The position numbers were made by a program, and so were the translations under genes. From positions 2,033 through 66,032 of the forward strand of contig JAPYNU010000046.1 in assembly GCA_028283245.1 (NCBI GenBank): a stretch of 64,000 bases of DNA, written 5' to 3'. This DNA comes from Candidatus Aldehydirespirator catecholifindens. Its GTDB lineage: Bacteria > Actinomycetota > Acidimicrobiia > Acidimicrobiales > Aldehydirespiratoraceae. This document shows, in pieces, positions 54,743 to 62,796 of the stretch (the stretch's first letter is position 1; the number at the start of each line of letters is the position of its first letter). The notes beneath the pieces were generated by a model, which did not search any database, was not told where the DNA came from, and worked only from the letters and a program-made list of their open reading frames with translations.

Positions 54743-55365
54743 TGCCGCTCCGTTGTTGCTGTGGGTTTGCGGTCTTCAGCTTCGGCATCGGTATTGAGCA
54801 GGATCCGCCCTTGCAGGCTCACCTTCCCTGACTCCACCCCTAGTCGCAGACCGTTGAGGTTGGTGGTGCGCCCAAAGCTGACATCGAAATATCTTTCAAG
54901 TGCATAGATAACACCGGCATGTGACACGACCAGCACAACACCGTCGCAAACCCTTTCACCGATGCGGTTGGCCGCTTGTAGCACCCGCTCAATCAGCGAC
55001 TCTTGGCTCTCCCAGCCTGGCGGATAGTTGCCTGCGGCCAAAGCACCGGGATAGTCGCGTTCGATTTCTTCGCTGGTCAGCCCCTGCCACAGTCCCACAT
55101 CGCGTTCACGCCATTCGCTGTCGCAAATCACCGGCTGCAACTCAAGCGTTTCAGCGATTATCTCGGCGGTTTGGCGTGCCCGTGTGAGATCACTGCTCAC
55201 CACACTGCACACGTCAGCTAGACCGTCTGCGGAGTTTCGTTCGGCGGCCGTGCGTGCCTGCGCGACACCATCGGCCGAAAGCGGCGGGTCGGCGTGACCT
55301 TGCCACCGCCCGGCCACATTCCACACAGACTGAGCGTGGCGCACTACCAGCAGGTCAACCGTCAT
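54739..55365 (-). CDS. Histidine phosphatase (phosphoglycerate mutase) family protein
   Basis: LLVVRHAQSVWN (RHG-type motif) and VVSHAGVI. There is a 4-nt overlap with the downstream gene. Confidence 0.85.
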   Translation of the reverse strand: MTVDLLVVRHAQSVWNVAGRWQGHADPPLSADGVAQARTAAERNSADGLADVCSVVSSDLTRARQTAEIIAETLELQPVICDSEWRERDVGLWQGLTSEEIERDYPGALAAGNYPPGWESQESLIERVLQAANRIGERVCDGVVLVVSHAGVIYALERYFDVSFGRTTNLNGLRLGVESGKVSLQGRILLNTDAEAEDRKPTATTERQ

Positions 55366-55657
55366 CGCAAACCAAGCATCACTTGATGGCGCGCCGAGGC
55401 GCTGCGCCCGGGCATGGAGCAGCCTTTTAGTTGGGTTTCAGACACTGTTTCAAGCACTGTGGCGACCGTAACCCGGCTGACTCACCCGCTCGCGGATACC
55501 CGCCCTAGCAGCCCGCCAAATCCACTCAAATCACCCAGTTGTGCAGTGACTGCTGTTTGCTGCTATTATGTGCATTGTTCTAACTGTCAGCGACAGCCAA
55601 GAACATGTAAGTGCCGGAGCACTCCCTGGTTGCAGGCTTTTCGCCGATAGGGAGCAC

Positions 55658-55695
55658 ACCAACCGCTACACGATTTTTGTTGTGTAGCGGTTGGT
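55658..55695. terminator. 14-bp perfect hairpin overlapping the stop codon of the GH2 paralog
   Basis: accaaccgctacac-gatttttgtt-gtgtagcggttggt. There is no clear U tract, so it would be an I-shaped terminator if functional. Confidence 0.45.
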
Positions 55696-58083
55696 TGCCA
55701 GCACAACGGCTGCCGCAGTGTCGCTGTCATCGCTGTCTGCTGCGTCGCTGCCAACTTCGGCGACGCTGGCTAAGCCTTTGAGCGTCAACTCCAGCGTCAA
55801 AGTGCCTAGACACCCTTGAGGCACCTTCACTTTTAGGTGTCCCACCAGCACGCATTCGTCGGCCTCGGCGGTTCCTGTCCAACCCTGCCGGTAGATCACT
55901 TCACCGTCGGGGTTCATCACTCGGGCATGCACCCGAAGCTCGCCGGTTGCAGCTCTGGTGTCGTTCACCACATGCACTGCCAGCGACAGTACGTCTGTTG
56001 CCCTCACCTCAGCAGGCAGTTGATCTGCCACCACGATCAACGGTTTGCAGGCTTCGACAAGTGCCTGCCAGCCCGGCTTGGGTCGGCGCAGGCCGTCAAG
56101 CACACCGAAGCCCGTTCGATCCGCTGCTGCATCGCCGCTGCCGCTACTGCGGTTGCTGCTACTTCGACTGCTGCCGCTTCGACTGGTGCGGCTGCTAATG
56201 CGGCTGCTACTGCTGCTGCTTCGACTGGTGCGGCTGCTGCCGCTTCGACTGCTGCTACTGCTGCTACCCCGTTTGTGGCCTTGTGCATTAGCAGACGGGG
56301 GCACATCGGCTAGAGCGTGCAGCATGAACCCCCCCGTGGGACGATATTTGAGGCGTCGCAGGGTTTCGATGGTCGCTTTTATGGTTTGGGGTTGCTCAGC
56401 TACATCTTGCGTGCCGAACGCCGACACGAATCGCCCCATAGTCGGCAGCCGTGCCAACACTGTCGCAAGATCCGAAACCTGTCCGCCATTCACCCCGAAC
56501 CACAGTTCGCTGGTGGTGCCTTCCAACCGTGGGAACCTGGGCGGCGCTCCCGTGTGAGGGATCACTGGACGTGAGCCATCGCAGCGGCTGATTACTCGAC
56601 AGATCCTCCGGTCCAGCACATCGCGATTCCACGACCTCCCTTGGCGGCTCAACACTGCTGGTGTGCGGGCAGGCTTGTGCAACCGCGAAAACGGCTGATC
56701 ATGCGCGCACCACACCGCCACCGAAGGACGATGCCCTAGCAGGTCCACGGCTTCGCGAGCCTGTCGCAGTGCCTCGGGTGTCACGCTGCGGTTCATCAAA
56801 CCCCGCAGCGGCAGGTCCTGCCACACCAGCACACCTAACTCATCGGCTGCGTCGTAAAGCTCGGGCCGGGCGATATGGGCAACAGGGCGCACTAGGTCAA
56901 GTCCAGCGTTGCGTGCTGCACGGATGTCGTTGACCAACTCCGAAGCCGCAGCCGTCCCCAGCAGCGGACGTGTCGGCAACAAGTTGGCACCCTTAGCGAA
57001 GAGTTTCTCACCGTTAATGTGCAGCACCCAGCGCCGCATGTTCACCTTGCGAAATCCGATACGGAAGCTGCGTTGATCCTGAGTCATGCCAGCAGTCATG
57101 GCCGCTAGCTCAAGATGGCACAGGTTCTGCTCGCCGAGCGCATAAGGCCACCACAGCGGCGGGTCTGCCACGGTGACGCTCCATTCAACGCGGTTCTCAC
57201 CCACTGCGGCGTGATGGTTGAGCACATGCTCACTGCCAGCTACACGGGTTCGTAGTTCCACAGGCCCGCCTTCGGGCACATCAAGCACGGCCCGCATGTC
57301 CAGCCGGGCGCTGGCAGCAGTGCCTGCGTTGTCGCCCGCGTTGTCGTGCATTTGCACATCAGCGCAGACTGCCCGGACGTGACGGATAGCGATCGGGCCG
57401 CTAGAGCGCAGCGTCACCGGACGCCACACACCGCCGACGATCAGGTCAGGGCGCCCGCAAAGTTCGGGGTCTTGCAGCGCTCCTGTCAGCAAGGTGCGAT
57501 TGTCGGGGTCGCCGAAGCGACGACAGGTAGCTTCGACAGCTAGCACATGCTCGGATCTGGCGGCTAGATGCTCGGTTACTTCCATTTCGTGGGTCACGAA
57601 GTAGCCGTCGGTGTGCCCCAGATACGAGCCGTCAAGCCAGACATCGCCTTGCTGGGCGATGCCCTCAAAGCGCAGCCACCAGCGTGTGGCATCAAAGTCG
57701 GCGTGCTCCGCCACCTCTGCGTGCTCTGCCACCTCCGACACCTTTGCGTGCTCTGCCACCTCTGCTAGCTCCGACACCTCCGACGCCTCTGCCAAAGCGG
57801 GTGTGTCGCACTGAGTCGACGCACTGGTTGCCGCAGGCGTGTCGATGGGCCCCTCAAAACGATGGCGGTAGAGCACTGACTCTTGTTGAGTCAAACCCGA
57901 CGCAGTGCCGTCAGCGCTGGGAGCAGCCCAATGGCCGGGCACCGACAGCGTCTGCCAGGCGGAGTCGTCATGATCGACTTCATGGAAGGTGCGCAGCTGC
58001 GTCTCTGAGGCGGCCGCAACTCGCCATGCCCCACCCAAATCCACGAACTCCAAGCTAGCGTCAGCAGCGAAGCCCCTCACCAA
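55666..58083 (-). CDS. Glycoside hydrolase family 2-like protein lacking both catalytic glutamates (probable non-catalytic paralog)
   Basis: The GH2 sugar-binding motif WWLRFEGIAQQGDVWLDGSYLGHTDGYFVTHEMEV is present. The acid/base motif reads WCAHDQPF (NE is replaced by DQ; codons 56695-56700). The nucleophile motif reads FVSAFGT (E is replaced by A; codon 56419-56421). There is a ~48-aa Ser/Arg insertion. Confidence 0.75.
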   Translation of the reverse strand: MVRGFAADASLEFVDLGGAWRVAAASETQLRTFHEVDHDDSAWQTLSVPGHWAAPSADGTASGLTQQESVLYRHRFEGPIDTPAATSASTQCDTPALAEASEVSELAEVAEHAKVSEVAEHAEVAEHADFDATRWWLRFEGIAQQGDVWLDGSYLGHTDGYFVTHEMEVTEHLAARSEHVLAVEATCRRFGDPDNRTLLTGALQDPELCGRPDLIVGGVWRPVTLRSSGPIAIRHVRAVCADVQMHDNAGDNAGTAASARLDMRAVLDVPEGGPVELRTRVAGSEHVLNHHAAVGENRVEWSVTVADPPLWWPYALGEQNLCHLELAAMTAGMTQDQRSFRIGFRKVNMRRWVLHINGEKLFAKGANLLPTRPLLGTAAASELVNDIRAARNAGLDLVRPVAHIARPELYDAADELGVLVWQDLPLRGLMNRSVTPEALRQAREAVDLLGHRPSVAVWCAHDQPFSRLHKPARTPAVLSRQGRSWNRDVLDRRICRVISRCDGSRPVIPHTGAPPRFPRLEGTTSELWFGVNGGQVSDLATVLARLPTMGRFVSAFGTQDVAEQPQTIKATIETLRRLKYRPTGGFMLHALADVPPSANAQGHKRGSSSSSSRSGSSRTSRSSSSSSRISSRTSRSGSSRSSSNRSSGSGDAAADRTGFGVLDGLRRPKPGWQALVEACKPLIVVADQLPAEVRATDVLSLAVHVVNDTRAATGELRVHARVMNPDGEVIYRQGWTGTAEADECVLVGHLKVKVPQGCLGTLTLELTLKGLASVAEVGSDAADSDDSDTAAAVVLATNRYTTKIV

Positions 58084-58134
58084 GCCAAGCCTCTCACCAA
58101 GCGAAGCCTCTCACCAAGCGCAGCCTCTCATAAA
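58071..58134. repeat. About 3.7 copies of a 17-bp tandem repeat at the 5' end / upstream region of the GH2 paralog
   Basis: The sequence runs agcccctcaccaagcca, agcctctcaccaagcga, agcctctcaccaagcgc, agcctctcataaat. Confidence 0.85.
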
Positions 58135-58159
58135 TAGTCACCGCTAGGGTTGCAGGCCG

Positions 58160-59812
58160 ATGTCAACCGCGTCACCAGAGCCACGTTCAGCACCGACTTC
58201 TGCACCGAGTCTTCAGCCGCCGGTGCCCGCAGGCAAGCCAGCCACTTTGGGTGAACTGCGTGCTTGCGGCTGGCGATCAGCATCGGTGCGCCACGAACTA
58301 CAGCGCAACGCTATCTCTCGGATCAGTTCAGGCAGGCCGCTGCTAGAAGGCATCGTCGGTTATCACAACACCGTCATTCCTCAAATGGAGAACGCTTTGC
58401 TCGCCGGTCACGACATGATCATGCTCGGCGAACGAGGCCAAGCCAAGACCCGCATAATCCGCGGCCTAGTGAGCTTGCTTGATGAGTGGATTCCGGTTAT
58501 CGCCGGATCTGAGATCAACGACGACCCTTTCAACCCGGTGTCGGCCGCGGCTAAGGCCCTTGTGGCCGAACACGGCGACGATACGCCGATCGGCTGGCTG
58601 CATCGCAGTCAGCGATACGGCGAGAAGCTGGCCACACCCGACACGTCAATAGCCGACCTGATCGGTGAGGTTGATCCGATCAAAGTCGCCGAAGGACGCT
58701 ACCTGACCGATGAGCTGACTTTGCATTACGGGCTGGTGCCACGCAGCAACCGCGGGATTTTCGCGGTAAACGAACTGCCGGATCTGCCCGAGCGCATTCA
58801 GGTGGGCCTGCTCAACGTTCTGCAAGAGCGTGACGTGCAGATACGCGGCTACAAGGTATGCATCCCCCTTGACGTGGTGCTCGTGGCATCAGCCAACCCC
58901 GAGGACTACACCAACCGAGGCCGCATAATCACACCGCTCAAAGACCGCTTCGGCGCTCAGATACGCACCCATTACCCGCTCACCGCCGACACCGAGATCG
59001 CCATCGTCAAACAGGAGGCAGATCTAAACTCTAGCCCAATGCCGGTGACGGTGCCTTCGTTCATGTTGCGGATCGTGGTGGCGTTGACCCGCGCAGCTCG
59101 AGCGAGTGCTTATGTGTCGCAACGCTCTGGCGTGTCGGTGCGGCTCAGCATCGCCAACACCGAAACGATGTCCGCCAACGCCGTGCGTCGCACACTGCGA
59201 AACCGAGGCGACCAACATGCCGTGCCGAGAGTGACCGACCTTGAAGCGCTCAAGTCTTCAACCGTTGGCAAGATTGAGATTGAGACATTACAAGAAGACC
59301 GTGAAGCCGAGATCCTGCAACGGCTGCTTGATTCGGCGGTGCTAGAAGTGTTCGCCGACACGGTCACAGCCGAACACCAACGTCAAGTGGTGGCGGCATT
59401 TGAGCACGGCCTCGGCGATCCTGACCACCGCAGCGATCCTGACCACCGCAGCGATCCTGACCATCCCGGCGATCCTGTAAGCGTTGCCAGCGCGCATCGC
59501 AGCGTTAGCGGTGACACCCCCACCGAGGCGGCCCGTGACATTACCCGTGACATTAACAGCGCCCGCAACACCTTGGTGGTGGATGTGGGCGACGATATCG
59601 CCGATGCCGAATACGAAGCCTTGTTGAGCAGGATCCCGGCTCTGGCTGCTGCGGTCAAGGCGTTGCTGGCCGCAGATGAAACAGCAGCCCCGCAAGCTGA
59701 CAAGCCCGCCATGATCGCTTCGGCAGTGGAGCTGATACTGGAGGGGCTGCATCTCAGCAAGCGCCTCAACAAAGATTCTCACGGCACCCGCAGCCGCTAC
59801 CACGCTCATTGA
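58160..59812 (+). CDS. AAA+ ATPase of the Mg-chelatase ChlI / sigma-54-interaction-domain type
   Basis: HDMIMLGERGQAKT P-loop variant, IFAVNELPDL Walker B region, and VLVASANPEDY. The C-terminal part contains a DPDHRS tandem repeat. Confidence 0.7.
   Translation: MSTASPEPRSAPTSAPSLQPPVPAGKPATLGELRACGWRSASVRHELQRNAISRISSGRPLLEGIVGYHNTVIPQMENALLAGHDMIMLGERGQAKTRIIRGLVSLLDEWIPVIAGSEINDDPFNPVSAAAKALVAEHGDDTPIGWLHRSQRYGEKLATPDTSIADLIGEVDPIKVAEGRYLTDELTLHYGLVPRSNRGIFAVNELPDLPERIQVGLLNVLQERDVQIRGYKVCIPLDVVLVASANPEDYTNRGRIITPLKDRFGAQIRTHYPLTADTEIAIVKQEADLNSSPMPVTVPSFMLRIVVALTRAARASAYVSQRSGVSVRLSIANTETMSANAVRRTLRNRGDQHAVPRVTDLEALKSSTVGKIEIETLQEDREAEILQRLLDSAVLEVFADTVTAEHQRQVVAAFEHGLGDPDHRSDPDHRSDPDHPGDPVSVASAHRSVSGDTPTEAARDITRDINSARNTLVVDVGDDIADAEYEALLSRIPALAAAVKALLAADETAAPQADKPAMIASAVELILEGLHLSKRLNKDSHGTRSRYHAH
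59417..59477 (+). repeat. 3.4 copies of an 18-bp in-frame tandem repeat in the ATPase gene
   Basis: gatcctgaccaccgcagc occurs twice, followed by gatcctgaccatcccggc and gatcctg. It encodes DPDHRSDPDHRSDPDHPGDP. Confidence 0.9.
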
Positions 59813-59992
59813 CGTTGCCACGCCCGCAGCTGCTGCCACGCCCATTGCCGCTGCCATCGGGGGTGGGGGTCGTCGTTAGGGCTCGAGTTTGTGTAGTGAG
59901 GCTGTGTGTTGTAGAGTAGCTACCAACCTTTGTTGCTGTGCATTGAGCGAGTTGCTTAAATGCACAGCGCAACCCAAGCGAAAGGAGCTGTG

Positions 59993-61313
59993 GTGAGGTT
60001 GTTTCGTAGTTTGATGGGTTTGAGGCCTCTTGTGGTGGTGGCGGTTGTGGCTGCGTTGTTGTCTGGCGTTGCCCCCCCCCCCTCTCGCTGGGGCGCAGGA
60101 TATTCCGCCTGATGAGCGTGGCAAGCAGATCGGCACCGCGACATGGACTTTCGATTACGACGATCCTGATAATGCCCCGCCAGCGGATTACCAGGCTTTG
60201 GTCGATAATTTTGATTACCATGGTGCTACGAGCGGTGTTACAATTCTTGAGACTGAGGAGCTGACACGCACAGCTCGTTACGACGATGGCACCAACTATG
60301 AGGAAGTTTACGCTGCTCGGATCACTGTGTGGTGTCACGCGGCGTGGGTGTGTACTTGGAATGGCGGCGATGTAAGCGTTGAAGGCAACTTCACTGTGGA
60401 ACTGGCGGCATCGCCGGTGCCTGAAGAAGTGCCTTATGAGGCACCAGATGAGAGCGAGATAGACGCAGCTTCGCTTGCTCGTGGGACTGTGAGGCGAAAC
60501 CCTGCACCCAACGAACAGTTCTTTACATACCCTGCCCCAGCGCACTGCGGCCAGTTAAGGGATAATATTGGTCAGCCAGATACAGAGGGATCCAGCCAAT
60601 CTAGCGCACTTGAATGGGCTTTATTGTCCAATTATTACCGTCCTGACGTGAGTTGGATAACTACCGCCTTTAAAAAGGGAGATGAGCCGCTAGTTTCAAA
60701 GTGTTTGCTGAATGTGTCCGAAACTTATGATGGCGTGGAATTTCCTAATCTTTATACCCCGCTAGTTCGAGTAAATTCGCAATGGAGACTGCCTACAGGA
60801 AGAGAATCAGTATTTGCGTTTGATGCTGATGATGTTTACAGGCTTCGGGACAATGATAAGCCGGTCGCGGATGTTTTGCCGCTTGAGAAGACCCCGATTT
60901 ACTATTGTCCACAAGGTGAGTTGCGGGGTAAGACCTGCGAAGAGGAATATGAAGGCGGTGCGAACGAGTACTCGTCTCGTAAGGGTGGGGACAGCGAAAG
61001 CAGCAGTTTGCCTAGCTTGACTGCGCCTCGTGAAAGTGATGCGCCTGTTTATGTGCCACCGACGCAACAGCAGATTGAGCGTTGTGGTTTTGATGACGGT
61101 TGCGTAGACGCTCTCTTTGTGAGTGCTAGCAATGCATTCAATCGTGCTGCTGAGCGTTACGACGCGCAGTTAGCGCGATTCTGGCAAGAAGTAGAAAAGC
61201 GAGCAAGAGCAGGAGAGTCTTTCTGGGTGTGTATCCCCAGAGACGACTGGCTCAAGAGGCTCTCAGACGAAAGTATGATTTTCCCTGGAAGTCGCTGTTA
61301 TCTCATCGACTAA
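59993..61313 (+). CDS. Secreted hypothetical protein; the signal-peptide exon-like 5' part is out of frame with the body at a C11 tract
   Basis: AAGGAG at 59982-59987 lies 5 nt before GTG 59993. That frame encodes VRLFRSLMGLRPLVVVAVVAALLSGVAPPP and stops at 60110-60112. The long ORF (listed from 60030) is in a different frame downstream of the C11 run. Confidence 0.6.
60072..60082 (+). repeat. C11 homopolymer at the signal-peptide / mature-protein junction
   Basis: Eleven consecutive C residues counted directly. Loss of 1 C or gain of 2 would fuse the two frames. Confidence 0.95.
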
Positions 61314-61337
61314 CACCATTCAACCCGAATGCGTGCT

Positions 61338-61361
61338 GAGCCCCGCCAAAAGGCGGGGCTC
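61338..61361 (+). terminator. GC-rich hairpin terminator after the secreted-protein gene
   Basis: gagccccgcc-aaaa-ggcggggctc forms a 10-bp perfect stem, 25 nt after the stop at 61313. The trailing T tract is weak. Confidence 0.55.
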
Positions 61362-61465
61362 ACCCCGTTAAGCCAAGTCCCAAACCCACTGCAACCATCT
61401 CTCCATAAGTCGACGATCACGCCATCTGTCCACAACATCCGGTGCTGCGGTAGCCTGTCGTCGCT

Positions 61466-61900
61466 ATGTCAGCGCATGCGGTCGCCCACGCTTCCGAGCC
61501 GGACACCATGCCAGTATGGGTCACCAAAAACCGGTTAGCAGCCTATGTGCCAGCGTTGCGTGAATACGACGACGATTTCAGGTTGAGGGTGGTTACTAAC
61601 GGTTTCGGGACGGTGTGGATTAGCGGCAACAGCGACGAGCAGAAGTCGCTCGTGGCACAAGAGCCGGAACCGTTTGAGCCGTTTTGGGATGCTTTCCTAG
61701 CTGCTTGGGCTGAATACCTATGCAAAGAGGAAGGCCTTCCCCCTCCAGCATGGGTTACCGAACCCGAACGGTATCTCCCGACGATGCGCTGGGGAGCAAA
61801 CTATTTTCCGTTCGAGCGGGGACGTGTCGTGGTCACTACACCTGGCGTGTTCGAGGATCACGGCATCTGGATATCAGACAACGATCTTCTAATCGTGTGA
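61466..61900 (+). CDS. Hypothetical protein (possible partner of the downstream nucleotidyltransferase-fold protein)
   Basis: 144-aa ORF with no recognised motif. It ends 7 nt before the next gene on the same strand. Confidence 0.45.
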   Translation: MSAHAVAHASEPDTMPVWVTKNRLAAYVPALREYDDDFRLRVVTNGFGTVWISGNSDEQKSLVAQEPEPFEPFWDAFLAAWAEYLCKEEGLPPPAWVTEPERYLPTMRWGANYFPFERGRVVVTTPGVFEDHGIWISDNDLLIV

Positions 61901-61907
61901 AGCAGCC

Positions 61908-62492
61908 GTGCCCGATCCATACCTGAAACGGGATGATCTCTTAGCTGGGCTCGGTGAGGTCGCTGATCTGATGAGCGAGAGAGGGCAGAGAGGTCGCCTG
62001 TATTTGGTTGGTGGTGCCGCCATGGTGCTTGCATACTCCTCAGGCAGAGGCACACAAGATGTGGATGCCGCTATCGAGGAAGGATACGCAGCGGTGATGG
62101 CTGCTGTGCATGAAGTCGCTGAGAGACGCGGCTGGACGAAGAGTTGGCTCAACGAAAGAGCCACCGCTTATATGCCACGGCCCGATCAACGCTACAGCAC
62201 CACCGTCTTTGAGCATCCAGCACTCATAGTGCGAGCGGCGACACCTGCCTGCATGCTTGCGATGAAAGTGAAGTCGGCTCGGCCTAAGGATCTCTCCGAC
62301 ATTAGCCAGCTACTACAGATGCATAACTGCACCACTATGGAACAGGTTGATGCGATAGTGGAAGACGTGTTCCCGGGTGAGCCTCTGGGTGCCCGTGAGC
62401 GACGTTGGCTGGCTGGCATCCTTCCCACGCCTCCGTCTCAACCGGCGACACCGTTGCGGCAAGCTCCACCGCCTAGTGAGGACATCCCATGA
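61908..62492 (+). CDS. Nucleotidyltransferase-fold protein (AbiEii/DUF6036-like minimal NTase)
   Basis: LYLVGGAAMVLAYSSGRGTQDVDAAI (GG...D.D NTase signature) and, downstream, MLAMKVKSARPKDLSDISQLL. Confidence 0.5.
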   Translation: MPDPYLKRDDLLAGLGEVADLMSERGQRGRLYLVGGAAMVLAYSSGRGTQDVDAAIEEGYAAVMAAVHEVAERRGWTKSWLNERATAYMPRPDQRYSTTVFEHPALIVRAATPACMLAMKVKSARPKDLSDISQLLQMHNCTTMEQVDAIVEDVFPGEPLGARERRWLAGILPTPPSQPATPLRQAPPPSEDIP

Positions 62493-62796
62493 AAGGTGAC
62501 ATCAGGGGCATCCGAACTCATGCAGCGATCCGCCCTTCGCGTTCTGCCTTATAGCGGTATGCGATGGCGTCCGCCACGTCTTCGATCCGCTGTTTCAACG
62601 GTTTCATCAGATCCTTGGACAATTTCTGGTTCTGGCGTGTCACACCGCCGTGCTACCGTGCGCCTATGGCGACGAACGCTCTTGGCAAGCACCGCAGCAG
62701 CACAAATCTGAGGCCGCCGATTGCCGGGCTCCCAGTAGCGGCTAGCGCTAGCGCCGCAAACGTGTTGAGCCGTGACGCGAACGCAGGCATCGTCAC

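Noticed and set aside
55414-55650. 78-aa plus-strand ORF between the phosphatase gene and the GH2 paralog
   Set aside because: It has no motif, a low-complexity Ser/Thr/Pro/Cys composition and no convincing ribosome-binding site. It is treated as non-coding spacer.
59766-60545. 259-aa minus-strand ORF spanning the ATPase 3' end and the secreted-protein 5' end
   Set aside because: It crosses an intergenic region and two better-supported plus-strand genes, and has no motifs.
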